Source: Priapulus caudatus
Lineage: Eukaryota
Length of the DNA stretch: 64,000 nt
Reading direction: 5' to 3'
NCBI RefSeq assembly: GCF_000485595.1
Contig: NW_014577072.1
Coordinates: 878,381 to 942,380, forward strand
This document shows positions 41,149-54,597 of the stretch, in pieces (the first letter of the stretch is position 1; each line of letters starts with the position of its first letter). The position numbers and the translations under genes were made by a program. The notes under the pieces were generated by a model. It searched no databases and was not told the origin of the DNA. It worked only from the letters and a program-made list of their open reading frames with translations.

Positions 41149-41708
41149 TAAACACTCTGTCCGCAACCTGAGGGTCACAGCATGACGTCCGCGGCATGGC
41201 GCTGCGGTCGTACGAGGGCGAGACAAGGTGTTTATCATTTGACATATTTACGCGGCTCCTCGTCGAGCGGCGCGGCACATCGCGTTGGGTTTATTTATTA
41301 TTCATACCTAAAAATTGGGTGAGCAATAAACGGACAGCCTGATCCCTATTAGAGGTATTTACTTTTGTAAATAAGGCCGCAGTTGTGGTAGACGTAGATG
41401 ATCACATCACAGAAAATCGGTTGAAATAGTTACTCGCTATTTAGTAACGGTCTGGGTGCGATCGAGGCATATCAAATTGTAAAAGAGAAGATGAGCTGTC
41501 AGTTTTAGCTGATTCTATATGTGCCCTGTCACATTAGATGTGATAATATAGGTTTTACGTTATTGATTCATTGATAGGTTGGTATTAGATTTCAAGTAGG
41601 CTAGTGAAACATATACGACCTACAAACAATGCAATTTTTATTGATTTTTATGTTATCCTGCGCTCTTCCGTTACACTTGAGCCTATATTCGTCTCAACCA
41701 CACACTCT

Positions 41709-41740
<32 letters not shown>

Positions 41741-43749
41741 CTTTCCTCTCGCTCTCCTGCTCGGCTTCTCTCTCATTCATCTCTTCTCCCTCTCTCTCTT
41801 CTCTCAAATCTCTCTCCACTCTCGGTCTCTCTCTCTCTCTCAGATCTCGTCTCTCTCTCGATGCTCTGCTCTCGTCAGCCGAAGGAAATCTCCTCTCTCT
41901 CTCATTGCTCGTTTGTCTCTCTCTTTTCTCTCGCTGCAGCTTTCTCTCTCTTTTTCTCCGCGGTTCGCGCTATCATGCATTGCCTCTCCTCTCTCATCTA
42001 CTGCTCGTCTCTCTCTCTCTCCCTGTTCACTCCACCTCTCGCTTTCTTCTTCTTCATTCTTCTTCATATCTCTTGTTCTTCTCCCCATCTCTATCTTGCT
42101 CGTTCACTCGCTCTCTCGCTTTCATGCAATCGCAAAATTAGTAAATCGACTGTAACCAATTTTTGTGTCCTAGATACTACCAATTTTTGTAGCTGTAACA
42201 ATGCGTAGATCTCGTGTGTGTGCGACTGCTCGCCTAAGCCTGCTAACATACTTTTGCCAAATGAGTAACGACAAACGCATGGAAATTCTCCCGATGTGCG
42301 TTGTAAGTGTTACGCGTACGTGCATGCGTGCGAGAGTGCGTGCGTAATTTTATGAAGAGATAGGACTATCACTCTAGAAGATGGAACTGCAAAAATCAAG
42401 TTCAAAAGCGGATTTCCGTATTTTTCGTTCAATCAATCTCCCGGATAACTTTGATGCGCCGGTGTTACGAAGTATCCCCATTACTGGCTGCCAGTCCCGC
42501 CAGTGCTTCAGACTAATCAGCTATATCGTACATCAAACGAAAATGAACAAATTGAGTTAGAAACTAACAAACATGCACGCGGGAGTCTCCTTGCCGAATA
42601 TCTACATGACAATGTACCGCTCGCCGAAACGAATACTATATATATATAACCACTAGGAGATGTTTTCATTCGTAGTTAAAGTCAACTAGTTAATAAAATC
42701 GATGCCGGCTCGACGGTCCGTCACTCGGAAAAGTCAATTGATGAAATTCGCGATGTTTTCCCTCTTCTACATTCAGGGGGAATGTTGCTGCCGCCTGCCA
42801 TCGCAACGCCATCTGTCGGACACATACAATGCAATCATAGATTTCCGTTCGTGTATGAGTCCCGACATGAGTATTATGTTATGATAGATCAAAACGAGTA
42901 AGGCCCATCACGAATTATCAAGTACCATATCAGAAATGCAATATGTAAACAAATATTCGAAATCGTAGCCATGTATTTACTGAGAAATTACAATAAACGT
43001 TGGTTGAAACACGTGTAGTTTGGCATAAGCAACATAATATATAGCAAACAACGTGGTAATTAATATATTGTGAAATATTTTGCAAGGGTGTACTCGAAAT
43101 GAGGCAAGCGCGAATGGCCAGATAAATATTCATATACTACTTGTCTACTACACATATCACACGCACACATACGTTTGGCTGATAGATGTAGATAGTTAGG
43201 GTGAAAGATATGACATCGGAGAGAAACTCGTAGGTTAGTGACGGTGCTGAATAAAAAAAGAGAGAGTATAAGAGCTATAGGGAGAGGATTGGGGAGGAAG
43301 GGCGAAGGGATAACATCTAACACAGGAGTAAGCTGACACACAGACACACACGCACGCAGGCACACACACGCACTCACGCACATGCACGCACGCGCGCGCA
43401 TATATATATATATTCTCAGAAAGCTAATTCGTTAGTAATCGTTTAGACTAAGTATGTTTTTATGCACTGAACTGACTATCCACACCGATGAAATTATTGC
43501 ATTTGCGTCATTCCCAGGGGCGGATAAGCGATAGACACCCTGATAGACACAGTTTCCTTTATAGGGGATACTTGGTGTATATCAGACGGGAAATGTGACA
43601 CTAGTAAACAGGAATAATTATTAAATCCACTTGAACGCACCTGGATATATGAAGCAGCACCATATACCCGTATTTATTCAACTGAAGCAATAGACCCGCA
43701 TGGGACTAACAACCCGCATAGGCGGAGGCGATACACCGTCGCAATTATC

Positions 43750-43830
43750 CAATTCGCGTCACTATGTGTCGCGTCGGTATGTGTCGCGTCAGTATGTGTC
43801 GCGTCGGTATGTGTCGCATCAGAATGTGCC
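43750..43830. repeat. 15-bp tandem repeat (TATGTGTCGCGTCRG)
   Basis: About five degenerate units. Confidence 0.75.
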
Positions 43831-44699
43831 AACCTCTCCTGGCTGATTAACTTTCCTCTGAGCTGCGTATTCGTCACAAACATTTTCGTTAAATATATTG
43901 CCACATATTATCATGCACACCACATACAAAGGAAACAATCAGAAGTAGTTAATAGGGAACTACTATTATCTACTTCTGATACAATCATAATAAGATACAA
44001 TGATGTAAACATTAAATATAATAGGTAATAACCACACGCTTTTACACTAGAATGGTATAGGATTCGACTTTGGTAGGAGGCTATTTTCTCTGCTAAAATT
44101 GAGGTTATGACAATTCGTAACTCACAACCTATCCACAACTCACAACTCACAGCTATACCATAAAGTATTATACACTCACGACCCGTAGGTCATCCATGAC
44201 GCACTAGCCACTGAAAACTCACACGTCACTCATAACACACCACCACGTTACGCTGGCAAATCAAGAGAGACATGATACAAGATTGCGTGGCACAGCTTTG
44301 CTGTTGATCCTAAGCGCTGCGCGCGGATTAGACGCGCAGTTCCGCGGGATATGCGCACGCGACCGCGGGGATGTTCAAGTATGAAGCGCTGTCCGCAGTG
44401 GAGACGTGCGCCAAATTCGAGGCCCGGCGCACGTCTCCACAGCGGTCAGCGGATGGTCTGTCGTTTTAGAAGATGACAATGATTATATATTGACGATATT
44501 GTAGAAATTGGAGATTATAAAACCGTAACAAAAATTGGTCAGTCATTCTCCAGATTTATTAGCTGAATCAAAAAGATTCGAATTTAATATGAACAAAACA
44601 TATGTCCCGACAAGACACCCACAAACACATGAATAAATTGTGTTTAAATACATACACATAATCGGAGGAAAATGAACAGAGTCACGAAATACGAAAACC

Positions 44700-45009
44700 A
44701 GACATGAATTACTAGGTTAACATGACCTCGAACTATATCTAGAACGAAATGTAATTAAATAGACCATGTCGGCTGTTGTCATAATAACTTGTCATTTGAT
44801 TAAAGTTTCGATGCTGGTTCGGTACTAAATAATACAGATAACACTAACACACATTACCCACTAATTATCGAAGCTGAATTTCATGTTACTGTCTGCGGGT
44901 AAGATATCGTAAATCTTGATAGGTATATATATACAGAGGGAAGCGCACACATTGAGTAGTCGAATTTTCGAATTGACAACACTGGCCTGGATCTCACGCT
45001 GCTGTTTAG
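44700..45009 (+). promoter_or_regulatory. Promoter and non-coding exon 1 of SUEL lectin gene copy 1
   Basis: Homologous to 48395-48670 and 59715-60089. TATA-like run at ~44924 and donor gctgtttag|GTAAGT at 45010. Confidence 0.65.
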
Positions 45010-45177
45010 GTAAGTCAGTAGACTTAGTACCCTAGAATATCCTATTTAGTTAAATCTATTTTTGAAGAGCTAGTACTATTATAAATTAAAGCTGGTAGTA
45101 ATTTTGCAATGTTTAAATCAAATTGCTAAACTTATCGTGTAAATGTATGGCTGTATTTCGTTCGTGGTTAACAGTGA

Positions 45178-45238
<61 letters not shown>

Positions 45239-45826
45239 TGTGTGGGTGTNNNNNNNNNNNNNNNNNNNNNNNNNNNNNNNNNNNNNNNNNNNNNNNNNNN
45301 NNNNNNNNNNNNNNNNNNNNNNNNNNNNNNNNNNNNNNNNNNNNNNNNNNNNNNNNNNNNNNNNNNNNNNNNNNNNNNNNNNNNNNNNNNNNNNNNNNNN
45401 NNNNNNNNNNNNNNNNNNNNNNNNNNNNNNNNNNNNNNNNNNNNNNNNNNNNNNNNNNNNNNNNNNNNNNNNNNNNNNNNNNNNNNNNNNNNNNNNNNNN
45501 NNNNNNNNNNNNNNNNNNNNNNNNNNNNNNNNNNNNNNNNNNNNNNNNNNNNNNNNNNNNNNNNNNNNNNNNNNNNNNNNNNNNNNNNNNNNNNNNNNNN
45601 NNNNNNNNNNNNNNNNNNNNNNNNNNNNNNNNNNNNNNNNNNNNNNNNNNNNNNNNNNNNNNNNNNNNTTCTATTTGCCGTCGAGACATATATTATCAAG
45701 AGTACCATGATAGAATACGTTCATCTATCATGGTTTCCATCATGGTACTCTTGATATTATTAATGTGCGCAAAAAATGTACGGAACGATAATTTCAAACA
45801 TTGTTTGCATAATCTCTATATGATAG

Positions 45827-46304
45827 TAACCTGGAGAAAGCCGACAAAACCACCAAGGAGCAACTGAAAGAACGCTGCAACAAGAAATCAGTCTGTAGCC
45901 TAAAACCCAGCAACGACCTGTGGGGCAGCGATCCCTGCCCGGGCACAGCTAAACTTCTCCGCATCGAATACGAATGCAGTGAGTAATCTGCAAAATTCTA
46001 TGAGCGAGACTTTCTCTTCGACACAGCGAGTGTTGATGTTTTTTACTTTCGATGACCTTATTTTTTTATTTGCTTGCTTACGAGCAATGTAATAGTCATC
46101 GTGTAGACGTCAATATCATAGATCTCAATAGAGATAATAAACTAACTAACGAACTTACTAAATCTATCAATACATAAATTGATTACACATAAAATACAAA
46201 CAGGCTCGCGCACGCACGCACACACACATAGACACACACGCACGCACACAAACACACGCACGCACACACGCACGCACACACGCACGCACGCACGCACGCA
46301 CACA

Positions 46305-46335
<31 letters not shown>

Positions 46336-46450
46336 TAACTAACAAACAAACACATACACACATACATACACTCACATGCGCGCGGATATATATATACAAA
46401 CTAATCTTTTATAATGAATTTATGCATTCATTTTTTATTTTTTAGAATAA
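45827..46450 (+). CDS. SUEL/rhamnose-binding lectin gene copy 1, last two coding exons (45827-45978, 46446-46450); upstream exons lost in the N-gap
   Basis: The 152-nt exon encodes [50 protein letters not shown], with the SUEL DPC-x-GT-x-K-x-L-x-I-x-Y-x-C signature. It has an AG acceptor and GTGAGT donor. The terminal exon ttttag|AATAA adds K-stop, as in copy 2. Confidence 0.85.
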
Positions 46451-48268
46451 TTAGTCAGCCTCTAACCAAGTGACGTCATCTTGGACTTCCGGACATCTTT
46501 GCCAGTTCAAGAACCAAGACGGAGTTCATCTCAATATGAAGTTATCAATTACTTTCGATTTTTCATATTTCATATCTCGATTAAATTGAAACGGCGATGC
46601 CTTTCGGAAAGACGTTTGTTTATAACTCACGTACGGTGAATTTCTCTTATATTTGTAATATCAGTGAATTAAAATATAAAAGGTTTAGGAAAATTGGCAT
46701 TTTGCTACTGTGCGCATTCTGTTCACGACAAAATCTCTGCAAATGTTTGAAGAACTGCATATCCACCAGCACACATGCGATTAACACACATGCGCCCGCA
46801 CAGTGTCACACCTAACTGAATTACATATTCCAATAATGTCACACTGTCTCACTACCACACTTCAGTAATGCTAAAACGTTTACCTTGTCTTCCCTAATTT
46901 ACCTATACTGTATCAACAAACGTATGTTTGCCCAGTATCTGCCAAAGGAAACGTAATATTTTCCCGAAGTTATATACACTAAATGTAGAGATCATCAACT
47001 CCTTATAAATCTCTGTCCCGATTTCTCAATTTAAGAATCATGACAAGACGCCCGAGCTGTCATCCTGATTACAGTACTCGTCTTCACCCCAGAGATGCAC
47101 ACCTTTATAGGCACAGCCGCATATATTAATAGTGTTCGATGGCACACATTGGCGCATACTTGGTTTATATCGGGATGGGGGAGATATGACGCTGTTGAAC
47201 TAGGTAGCTGTGTGGATCAATTTACATGGATGGCATATAAAGTTGTTGTTAGACAGAAACACCAGCACCACCATATTTACATTTATATATGGTCATACAT
47301 ATGGGTCGGAGAATATCAGTGAGTAGCAGCACTTGCCGGTTGCAATCTGTTCGTACACTGCGATGACTCGTATGGTTAATATCGAGTTCTCTGCACAGTG
47401 TGCAGGAGCGTCTATTATTTGCGTTGTTTAAGTTCTGAATGTAGAAGCACAGTCGTAGTTAGTGAATCCAGGTGAGAGATAAGATTGCTGGACTAGTCTT
47501 TGTCGTCTCTCCAGACCGTACGTCTGGAAGAGAACTCTCTGTCATTTCTCTTCTTTCTTCTCCCCTCTCTTTGTCTCACTCTCTCCCCTCTCCCTTTCTC
47601 CATAACATAGCACTTACACTAACACTAACCATAATCTTAACCCCAAACTTTGCCTCATGCTCAACCCTACACCTAGCCCAACTCCATAATATATTCCCAT
47701 TGCTCCAGAGTTAACCTAAACCTAAGTCTTATCATATTATATGCATATATATCATCACCAGAAGACAGACGACTAAGCAAAAAATACCAACCTATAATGT
47801 CTTGGCATGACCACGGCTCGTTGTCCAAAACAACCCCACGAAATACAATGCAATACCCACGCACCCCGTCGTGCAAACAACACTACAGGTTATGCGCGTT
47901 TGTAAATATACGATAAGTCTCCTTATTTGGCTCTCATACCACCCAATTCCTCCTCCGTAGTCTCCTTTCTCTAGTATTAACTTTAACCCTAAGCATTAAA
48001 CCTAATATCACTCTAATCCTTATCCTAACATTAAACAAACCTAACACTAGCTATAACCCTTACCCACACCCTATCGCTATCCGTAATCATAATCCTAACG
48101 TTAACCATGACCCTAATCCTAACACTGATCCTAAACCCTATTCAACCCTTACCCTTAAACTAACCCTAGCTATAAAAGATATGTATAGATATAATTTATG
48201 TGTATATAATGTTATCAATTTATAATTATTAATATCATGCGCGAATGAAAAAATTGATATAACGAATA

Positions 48269-48320
<52 letters not shown>

Positions 48321-48394
48321 ATTATATATATTATATATATATATATATTTATCAACACAATACACATAACAAAGACACGAAATACGAATAAACC

Positions 48395-48670
48395 GGCATG
48401 AGTTACAAGGTTAATGTGACCTACATCTATATCTAGAACCAAATGTAATTAAATCGAACATGTCAGCTGTCCCAAGTCGTCATAATAACGCGAGTCACAT
48501 AATTTGCCGAATAATCAAGATTTCGATGCTGGTTCATTACTAAATAATACAGATACATGTTACGTGCGGGTAAGTAATTGTGAATCCTAGCACATGTATA
48601 TATTGAGGGAAGCGCATACTTTTAGTAGTCGAATTTTCGGATTGACAACACCTGAATCTCACTCTGCTGA
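48395..48670 (+). promoter_or_regulatory. Promoter and non-coding exon 1 of SUEL lectin gene copy 2
   Basis: Colinear similarity to the copy 1 upstream region (gagggaagcgca...agtagtcgaattttcg.attgacaaca). Donor GTAAGT at 48671. Confidence 0.6.
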
Positions 48671-49854
48671 GTAAGTAGTAAGTACTATAGAATATGTTAT
48701 ATTATTTAAATTTAATTTTGAAAGGCAAATAGTATTAAAATACAATCAGGTGTTTTTTTCTCTATAGTTTACATCTGCCACACTTGTCTTACGTATATAT
48801 GTGAGGATGTAGCGCTTTTGATCGCTTGCTAGAAGTGAATGTGTCTGTGCGGACGTACGAGTGTGTATTGTCTGCGTGCGCGCGCGTGTGTNNNNNNNNN
48901 NNNNNNNNNNNNNNNNNNNNNNNNNNNNNNNNNNNNNNNNNNNNNNNNNNNNNNNNNNNNNNNNNNNNNNNNNNNNNNNNNNNNNNNNNNNNNNNNNNNN
49001 NNNNNNNNNNNNNNNNNNNNNNNNNNNNNNNNNNNNNNNNNNNNNNNNNNNNNNNNNNNNNNNNNNNNNNNNNNNNNNNNNNNNNNNNNNNNNNNNNNNN
49101 NNNNNNNNNNNNNNNNNNNNNNNNNNNNNNNNNNNNNNNNNNNNNNNNNNNNNNNNNNNNNNNNNNNNNNNNNNNNNNNNNNNNNNNNNNNNNNNNNNNN
49201 NNNNNNNNNNNNNNNNNNNNNNNNNNNNNNNNNNNNNNNNNNNNNNNNNNNNNNNNNNNNNNNNNNNNNNNNNNNNNNNNNNNNNNNNNNNNNNNNNNNN
49301 NNNNNNNNNNNNNNNNNNNNNNNNNNNNNNNNNNNNNNNNNNNNNNNNNNNNNNNNNNNNNNNNNNNNNNNNNNNNNNNNNNNNNNNNNNNNNNNNNNNN
49401 NNNNNNNNNNNNNNNNNNNNNNNNNNNNNNNNNNNNNNNNNNNNNNNNNNNNNNNNNNNNNNNNNNNNNNNNNNNNNNNNNNNNNNNNNNNNNNNNNNNN
49501 NNNNNNNNNNNNNNNNNNNNNNNNNNNNNNNNNNNNNNNNNNNNNNNNNNNNNNNNNNNNNNNNNNNNNNNNNNNNNNNNNNNNNNNNNNNNNNNNNNNN
49601 NNNNNNNNNNNNNNNNNNNNNNNNNNNNNNNNNNNNNNNNNNNNNNNNNNNNNNNNNNNNNNNNNNNNNNNNNNNNNNNNNNNNNNNCAAACGTTCACTA
49701 GCAAAAATGTCGAGCGTAGACCTATTTGGAGCTGCTATTTTCACCTACGAATTCTGTCAAGTTATAGTCCGCCTTGTGGCATAACGAATTCATGTTGGAT
49801 TTATGGACATCTAAACAGCTTCTATTGTGTTGATATGGTTTCTTTTACCTGCAG

Positions 49855-50007
49855 GTTGGCGCTGCTGTCATCGTCTGCACAGGTGAGGCGCATAGTATAC
49901 CGAATGTGTAGAGAAACATATTTATTGGAAACAGGTGTCTATCTGTCTGTCTGTCTATCTGTCTGTCTGCCTGTCGATCTGTCTGTCTGCCTGTTTGTCT
50001 GTCTGTA

Positions 50008-50042
<35 letters not shown>

Positions 50043-50071
50043 ATGTATGTATGTATGTTTGTTTGTCTGAC

Positions 50072-50124
<53 letters not shown>

Positions 50125-50164
50125 GTCTGTCTGTCCGTCCGTCCGCCTGTCTGCCTGTCTTCCC

Positions 50165-50231
<67 letters not shown>

Positions 50232-51158
50232 CTCTCTCTCTCGCTCTCTCTCTCTCTTTCTCTGTCTGGCAGTAAGTCGGCCTGCCATAATTATGTATAA
50301 TTACATGAGCGTATTAGTATTAAGAAGGCCTTCTTAATACGCTCATGATAATTATACTAGTGTCTGTTTTTTTTGCAGCTGCTAAGCAAACAGATGTATG
50401 TGAGGATAAGATGGGGGTTCTGATATGTGGAGGCGGTCAGACCATTCGTGTCAGGGATGCCTGGTACGGTTCCACAAGAAATAGCAACTGCAGAGGCGAC
50501 ACTGCTAGGTGCAAGTAAGTATAACGTGCAGTATTGATTGTTGATTTACGAAAAATCTAATATATCTATATATCACAAATATGCAATGTATGTTCGCACA
50601 TGTCTGTGCCATAACTGCATTTTGATAGTAGTGCTTTTGAGTATAGCAAACCTTTATCAGAGTTTAGCACACACACAAAATGCAATTGTCATTTAAACCC
50701 GCATTGGTATAATCTCCATATGACAGCACCCTAGAGAAAGCTAATAAAAGCATCATACGGGACCTGAAGGACCGCTGCAACAGGAAGTCAATGTGTACCA
50801 TGAGACCAGGCAACGACTTGTGGGGCAGTGACCCCTGTCCAGGAACCCGCAAACTTCTACGCGTAGATTACGATTGCAGTAAGTAATTACAAAAATTATA
50901 ATTATTATAATTATGAGTGTTATTATTATTATTACACCATTATTATAATTACAGAAACTGCCTAGATTGTTGATGAGCCATGATGCAATAAATGATAAAA
51001 TAATAACTAAATAATTATGTGTAATATTTTATGTATANNNNNNNNNNNNNNNNNTATATATATATATGTATAATATAATTGATAGATAGATAGATACATC
51101 ATTTGCAATTTGCCCTTTTTGCGCTTTCACCTTTGCACTTTTGTATTTTTCAGAATAA
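49855..51158 (+). CDS. SUEL/rhamnose-binding lectin gene copy 2 (exons 49855-49882, 50379-50514, 50727-50878, 51154-51158; ATG exon presumably in the N-gap)
   Basis: GT-AG exons splice in frame to [106 protein letters not shown]. This is a complete 8-Cys SUEL domain with CE, A-x-YG and DPC..K motifs. Confidence 0.9.
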
Positions 51159-52859
51159 TTCGTCTGCCTCCAACCAGACGACATTATCATGGACTGCCAA
51201 CCATCTTTTGCCGGTTCAGTAACTAATACCAAGCCCATGGAAATATTAAATAATCGGTTATTTCTCTACTCGTACATAGCTAAATTAAAATTAAACTAAA
51301 ACCCCATCTTTCTGTGAGATCTTGAGCAAAATCCCAACAACCATGTAAAATTTATCATCTAACTATAACATTAGGAGTGGAACAAATAAATCTCGTAATA
51401 TCAATGATATAATGATATATATATGAATATGATTATAAAATATAAAAGGTTTAGGAAAGTTGCTTGCCTACTACTGTGTCATTACTGTTTGCTGGTAAAC
51501 CTTTTTAAGTGTTAGACAAATTGCGTACTCATCCGCACAGTTAGGAAACGCACACACGCAAGCCTGCACATTAGCACACGCTGCTATATATGAAAGTGTA
51601 CGCGAATAACGTCTATCACATTGCTATACTATTAAACGGCATTTCCATACTGTAACATATAGTTAGATCTGTGTTTGTGCTCACCCAATGCTGTCTCTGT
51701 CAAGGGAAATGTTATTTGATTGAATTTACACACTTTAAGCACAGATCACATGCTCATTAGTGGTGTGATATGAAAACTTCTAATCATATTTTCTCGATTT
51801 AATCATTATTATGAGCTTTTCTTTAATATTTTTGATTATGTATTTTTATAGAGATGTACACATTCGTAGACACAGTTGTTATCATTGTCAAGATTCGAAC
51901 ACGACGTGTATTTCGTTTATATCATATGCGAGATGTACGGTATATCGATGTGTTGTAATTGACAGTAATTAAATAGAACGAGTAGGCCTACCATTTACTT
52001 GAAAATAATTATAGGCATGTATTAGTCAGAACAATACAATCTGTATACACGCAGAGAAATACACACAGTTCAGAACAGAGTATATAGTAAGACGTGTAGT
52101 AGTAATACATAAATTGTTGAATTGAATTGTTCATATAATTGTATATCATTGCACAGTGCACTGCACACCTACTCACATCGTGTGAGCCATAGAAAGAGTA
52201 TCCTATTTACTCTCTCTGTACTATCATATGTGATGATGTACTCGTGAGTTTGAGAAAGCGCTACCATCTATAGCCGAATTGAATTCATGTGTACCATGGA
52301 TGTACATACATACATCTATTATGTGTTCAAACAGTAATACTTACACTAGCAAGACACCGCAGATTTCATTACGGGACGTCTGCGATCTGGTACTACATAA
52401 ATTATGGTACCCGACTGAAGCTGTGTTACATTTTCCCTTGCAATGATTCTCCTGTGTCTATGATAATGATGGCTATATCAGAAAGCCGCGACTATTAAGG
52501 ATACTGTTAGGGTTACGGACGGGTACACTGTAAAAAGCATTGCAACATAACTGCTCATCAAATTCAATCAAACTCATATCCATTACATAAGAAAGATGTC
52601 TCTCTACGCTCTCGATTTTTTTTAATGCATCGCTAATTAACCATGCGCAACAACAGCTCGAGATGCCCGCGACAGCCTATTCGTCGAATCATCCACAAAC
52701 GCAATATTTATAGGTATAACAACTAAACTCGCGGGCACGTGTATATCTTTCGCGTGGAGACCCACAGGCACTTGGAGCGTTTCAATACAATATTCAATTA
52801 GCTAATATAATGCTTAAAATAAATCCGAAATCGCTATTTACTAGCGCAAGTCTTAAACA

Positions 52860-53632
52860 ATTTATAAAAATAAAAAAAAATAAAAAAAAAAAAAAAAAAT
52901 ATTAAAAAAATAAAAAAAAAATAAAAAAAAATAAATAAATAAGAAAAAGATTTAAAATAATAATAAAAAAATAAAAATAAAAAAAAAAAATAATAAAAAA
53001 AAAAAAAAATATAAAAAAAATAAAAAATTAAATTAATAAATAAAAAATAAAAAAAAATATAATAAAAGATTAAATAAAAAAAACTAAAAAAACATAAATA
53101 ATAGAAAAAAAGATAAAAAAAAAATACTTATAAAAAAAAATATAGAAATACAATAAAATAAAATAAAAAAAAAATAGACAAAAAATAAATAAATAAAAAT
53201 AATAAAAATAGAAAAGAATAATGGAAAAAGTAAATAAAAAAAAAGAAGAAAAAATATATAAGAAAAAAAGAAAAAAAAAAATAAAAAAAAGAAAAAAAAA
53301 TAGTAAAAAAATTAAATAAATCAAAAAAAAAAAAAAAATTAAAAAAATAAATATAATAAAAAAAAAAATAATAAATAAATCATAAATAAAATAAATAGAA
53401 AAAAATTAAAAGAAAAAAAAAAAAAAAAATTATATAAAAAGAAAAAACAAAAAATTAAATATAAAAAAAAAAAAAAAAAAAATTTATAAATAAATAAAAA
53501 AAATTATAAAAAATAGTTATAAAAAAATAAAAAATAAAAAAGAAAAAAGAAAAAAAAAATAAATAAAAAAAAAAAAATAAAATAAAAAAAATAAAAAAAT
53601 AAGAATAAAAAATAAAAAAAAAAAAAAAAAAA

Positions 53633-53666
<34 letters not shown>

Positions 53667-54210
53667 AAAAAAATATAAAATAATAAAATAAAAAAAAAAA
53701 AAAAACAAAAAAATAAATATAAAAAAAAATAAAAAAATAAAAATATAAAAACAAAAAAAAACTTAAAATATATAGAGAAATATAGAAAAAAAATAAAAAA
53801 TAAATAAAAAAAAATAATAAAAATAAAACAAAAATTAAAAAAATAAATATTAATACACAAATAAAAATAAAAAAATAACTTAAAAAAAAAAAATACGAAA
53901 AAAAAAAGAATGAATTTAAAAAAAGTGAAATATAAGAAAGTCAAATAAAAAAAAAAAAAAAATTAAAAAAAAAGAAAATAAAAATTAAAAATAATAAACA
54001 AAAATAAATAAAAAAAAAAAAAATAAAATAAAATAATAAAAAAAGGTATAAAAAAAATAAGAAAAAAAAAAAACAAAATAAAAAAAAAAAATAAAAAACA
54101 AAAATAAAAAAAAAAAAACTTAAAAAAATAAAATAAAAAAAAAATAAAAAAAGGAAAAATAAAATAAAAAAAAAAAAATAAAAAAAAAAAAAAAAAAAAA
54201 TAAAAAAAAT
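52860..54210. other. Low-complexity A-rich tract, probable sequencing artefact
   Basis: About 1.35 kb of irregular A-runs interrupting a noisy reverse-complement copy of 54420-54533. Confidence 0.75.
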
Positions 54211-54290
54211 GTTTTTGCTACTCTCCTTTCGCCTATTATGCCGACAATCTTCCTAGTACGAATTGTTCGTTGTTAAATGAATTATTTTTC

Positions 54291-54332
<42 letters not shown>

Positions 54333-54597
54333 GTATAAAACTATATATTTACGTGTCAGTGGGCGGCAGCGTGCATGCGGTGTACATGTGTGTTGCAGAT
54401 GAACATTTGCACGGCATTTACAGGAAATTGTCGGCAATAATAGACGAACGAGAGTAGAGAAAGAGACTTTGGTAGTAAATAGATTTCGTATTTATTTAGC
54501 ATTATATTTTATTGAAACGCTCCAAGTGCCTGTATGGAGACCGTCTGCGCAGTAGACGCGCTGCAGCCGATCTCTGCACGTTCGTGACGGGATTCAT

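Noticed and set aside
41604..42208. Ser/Leu-rich ORFs downstream of the neuropeptide gene
   Set aside because: Degenerate (CT)n low-complexity sequence.
53070..53944. Phe/Ile-rich membrane-like ORFs
   Set aside because: Reverse translation of the artefactual A-rich tract.
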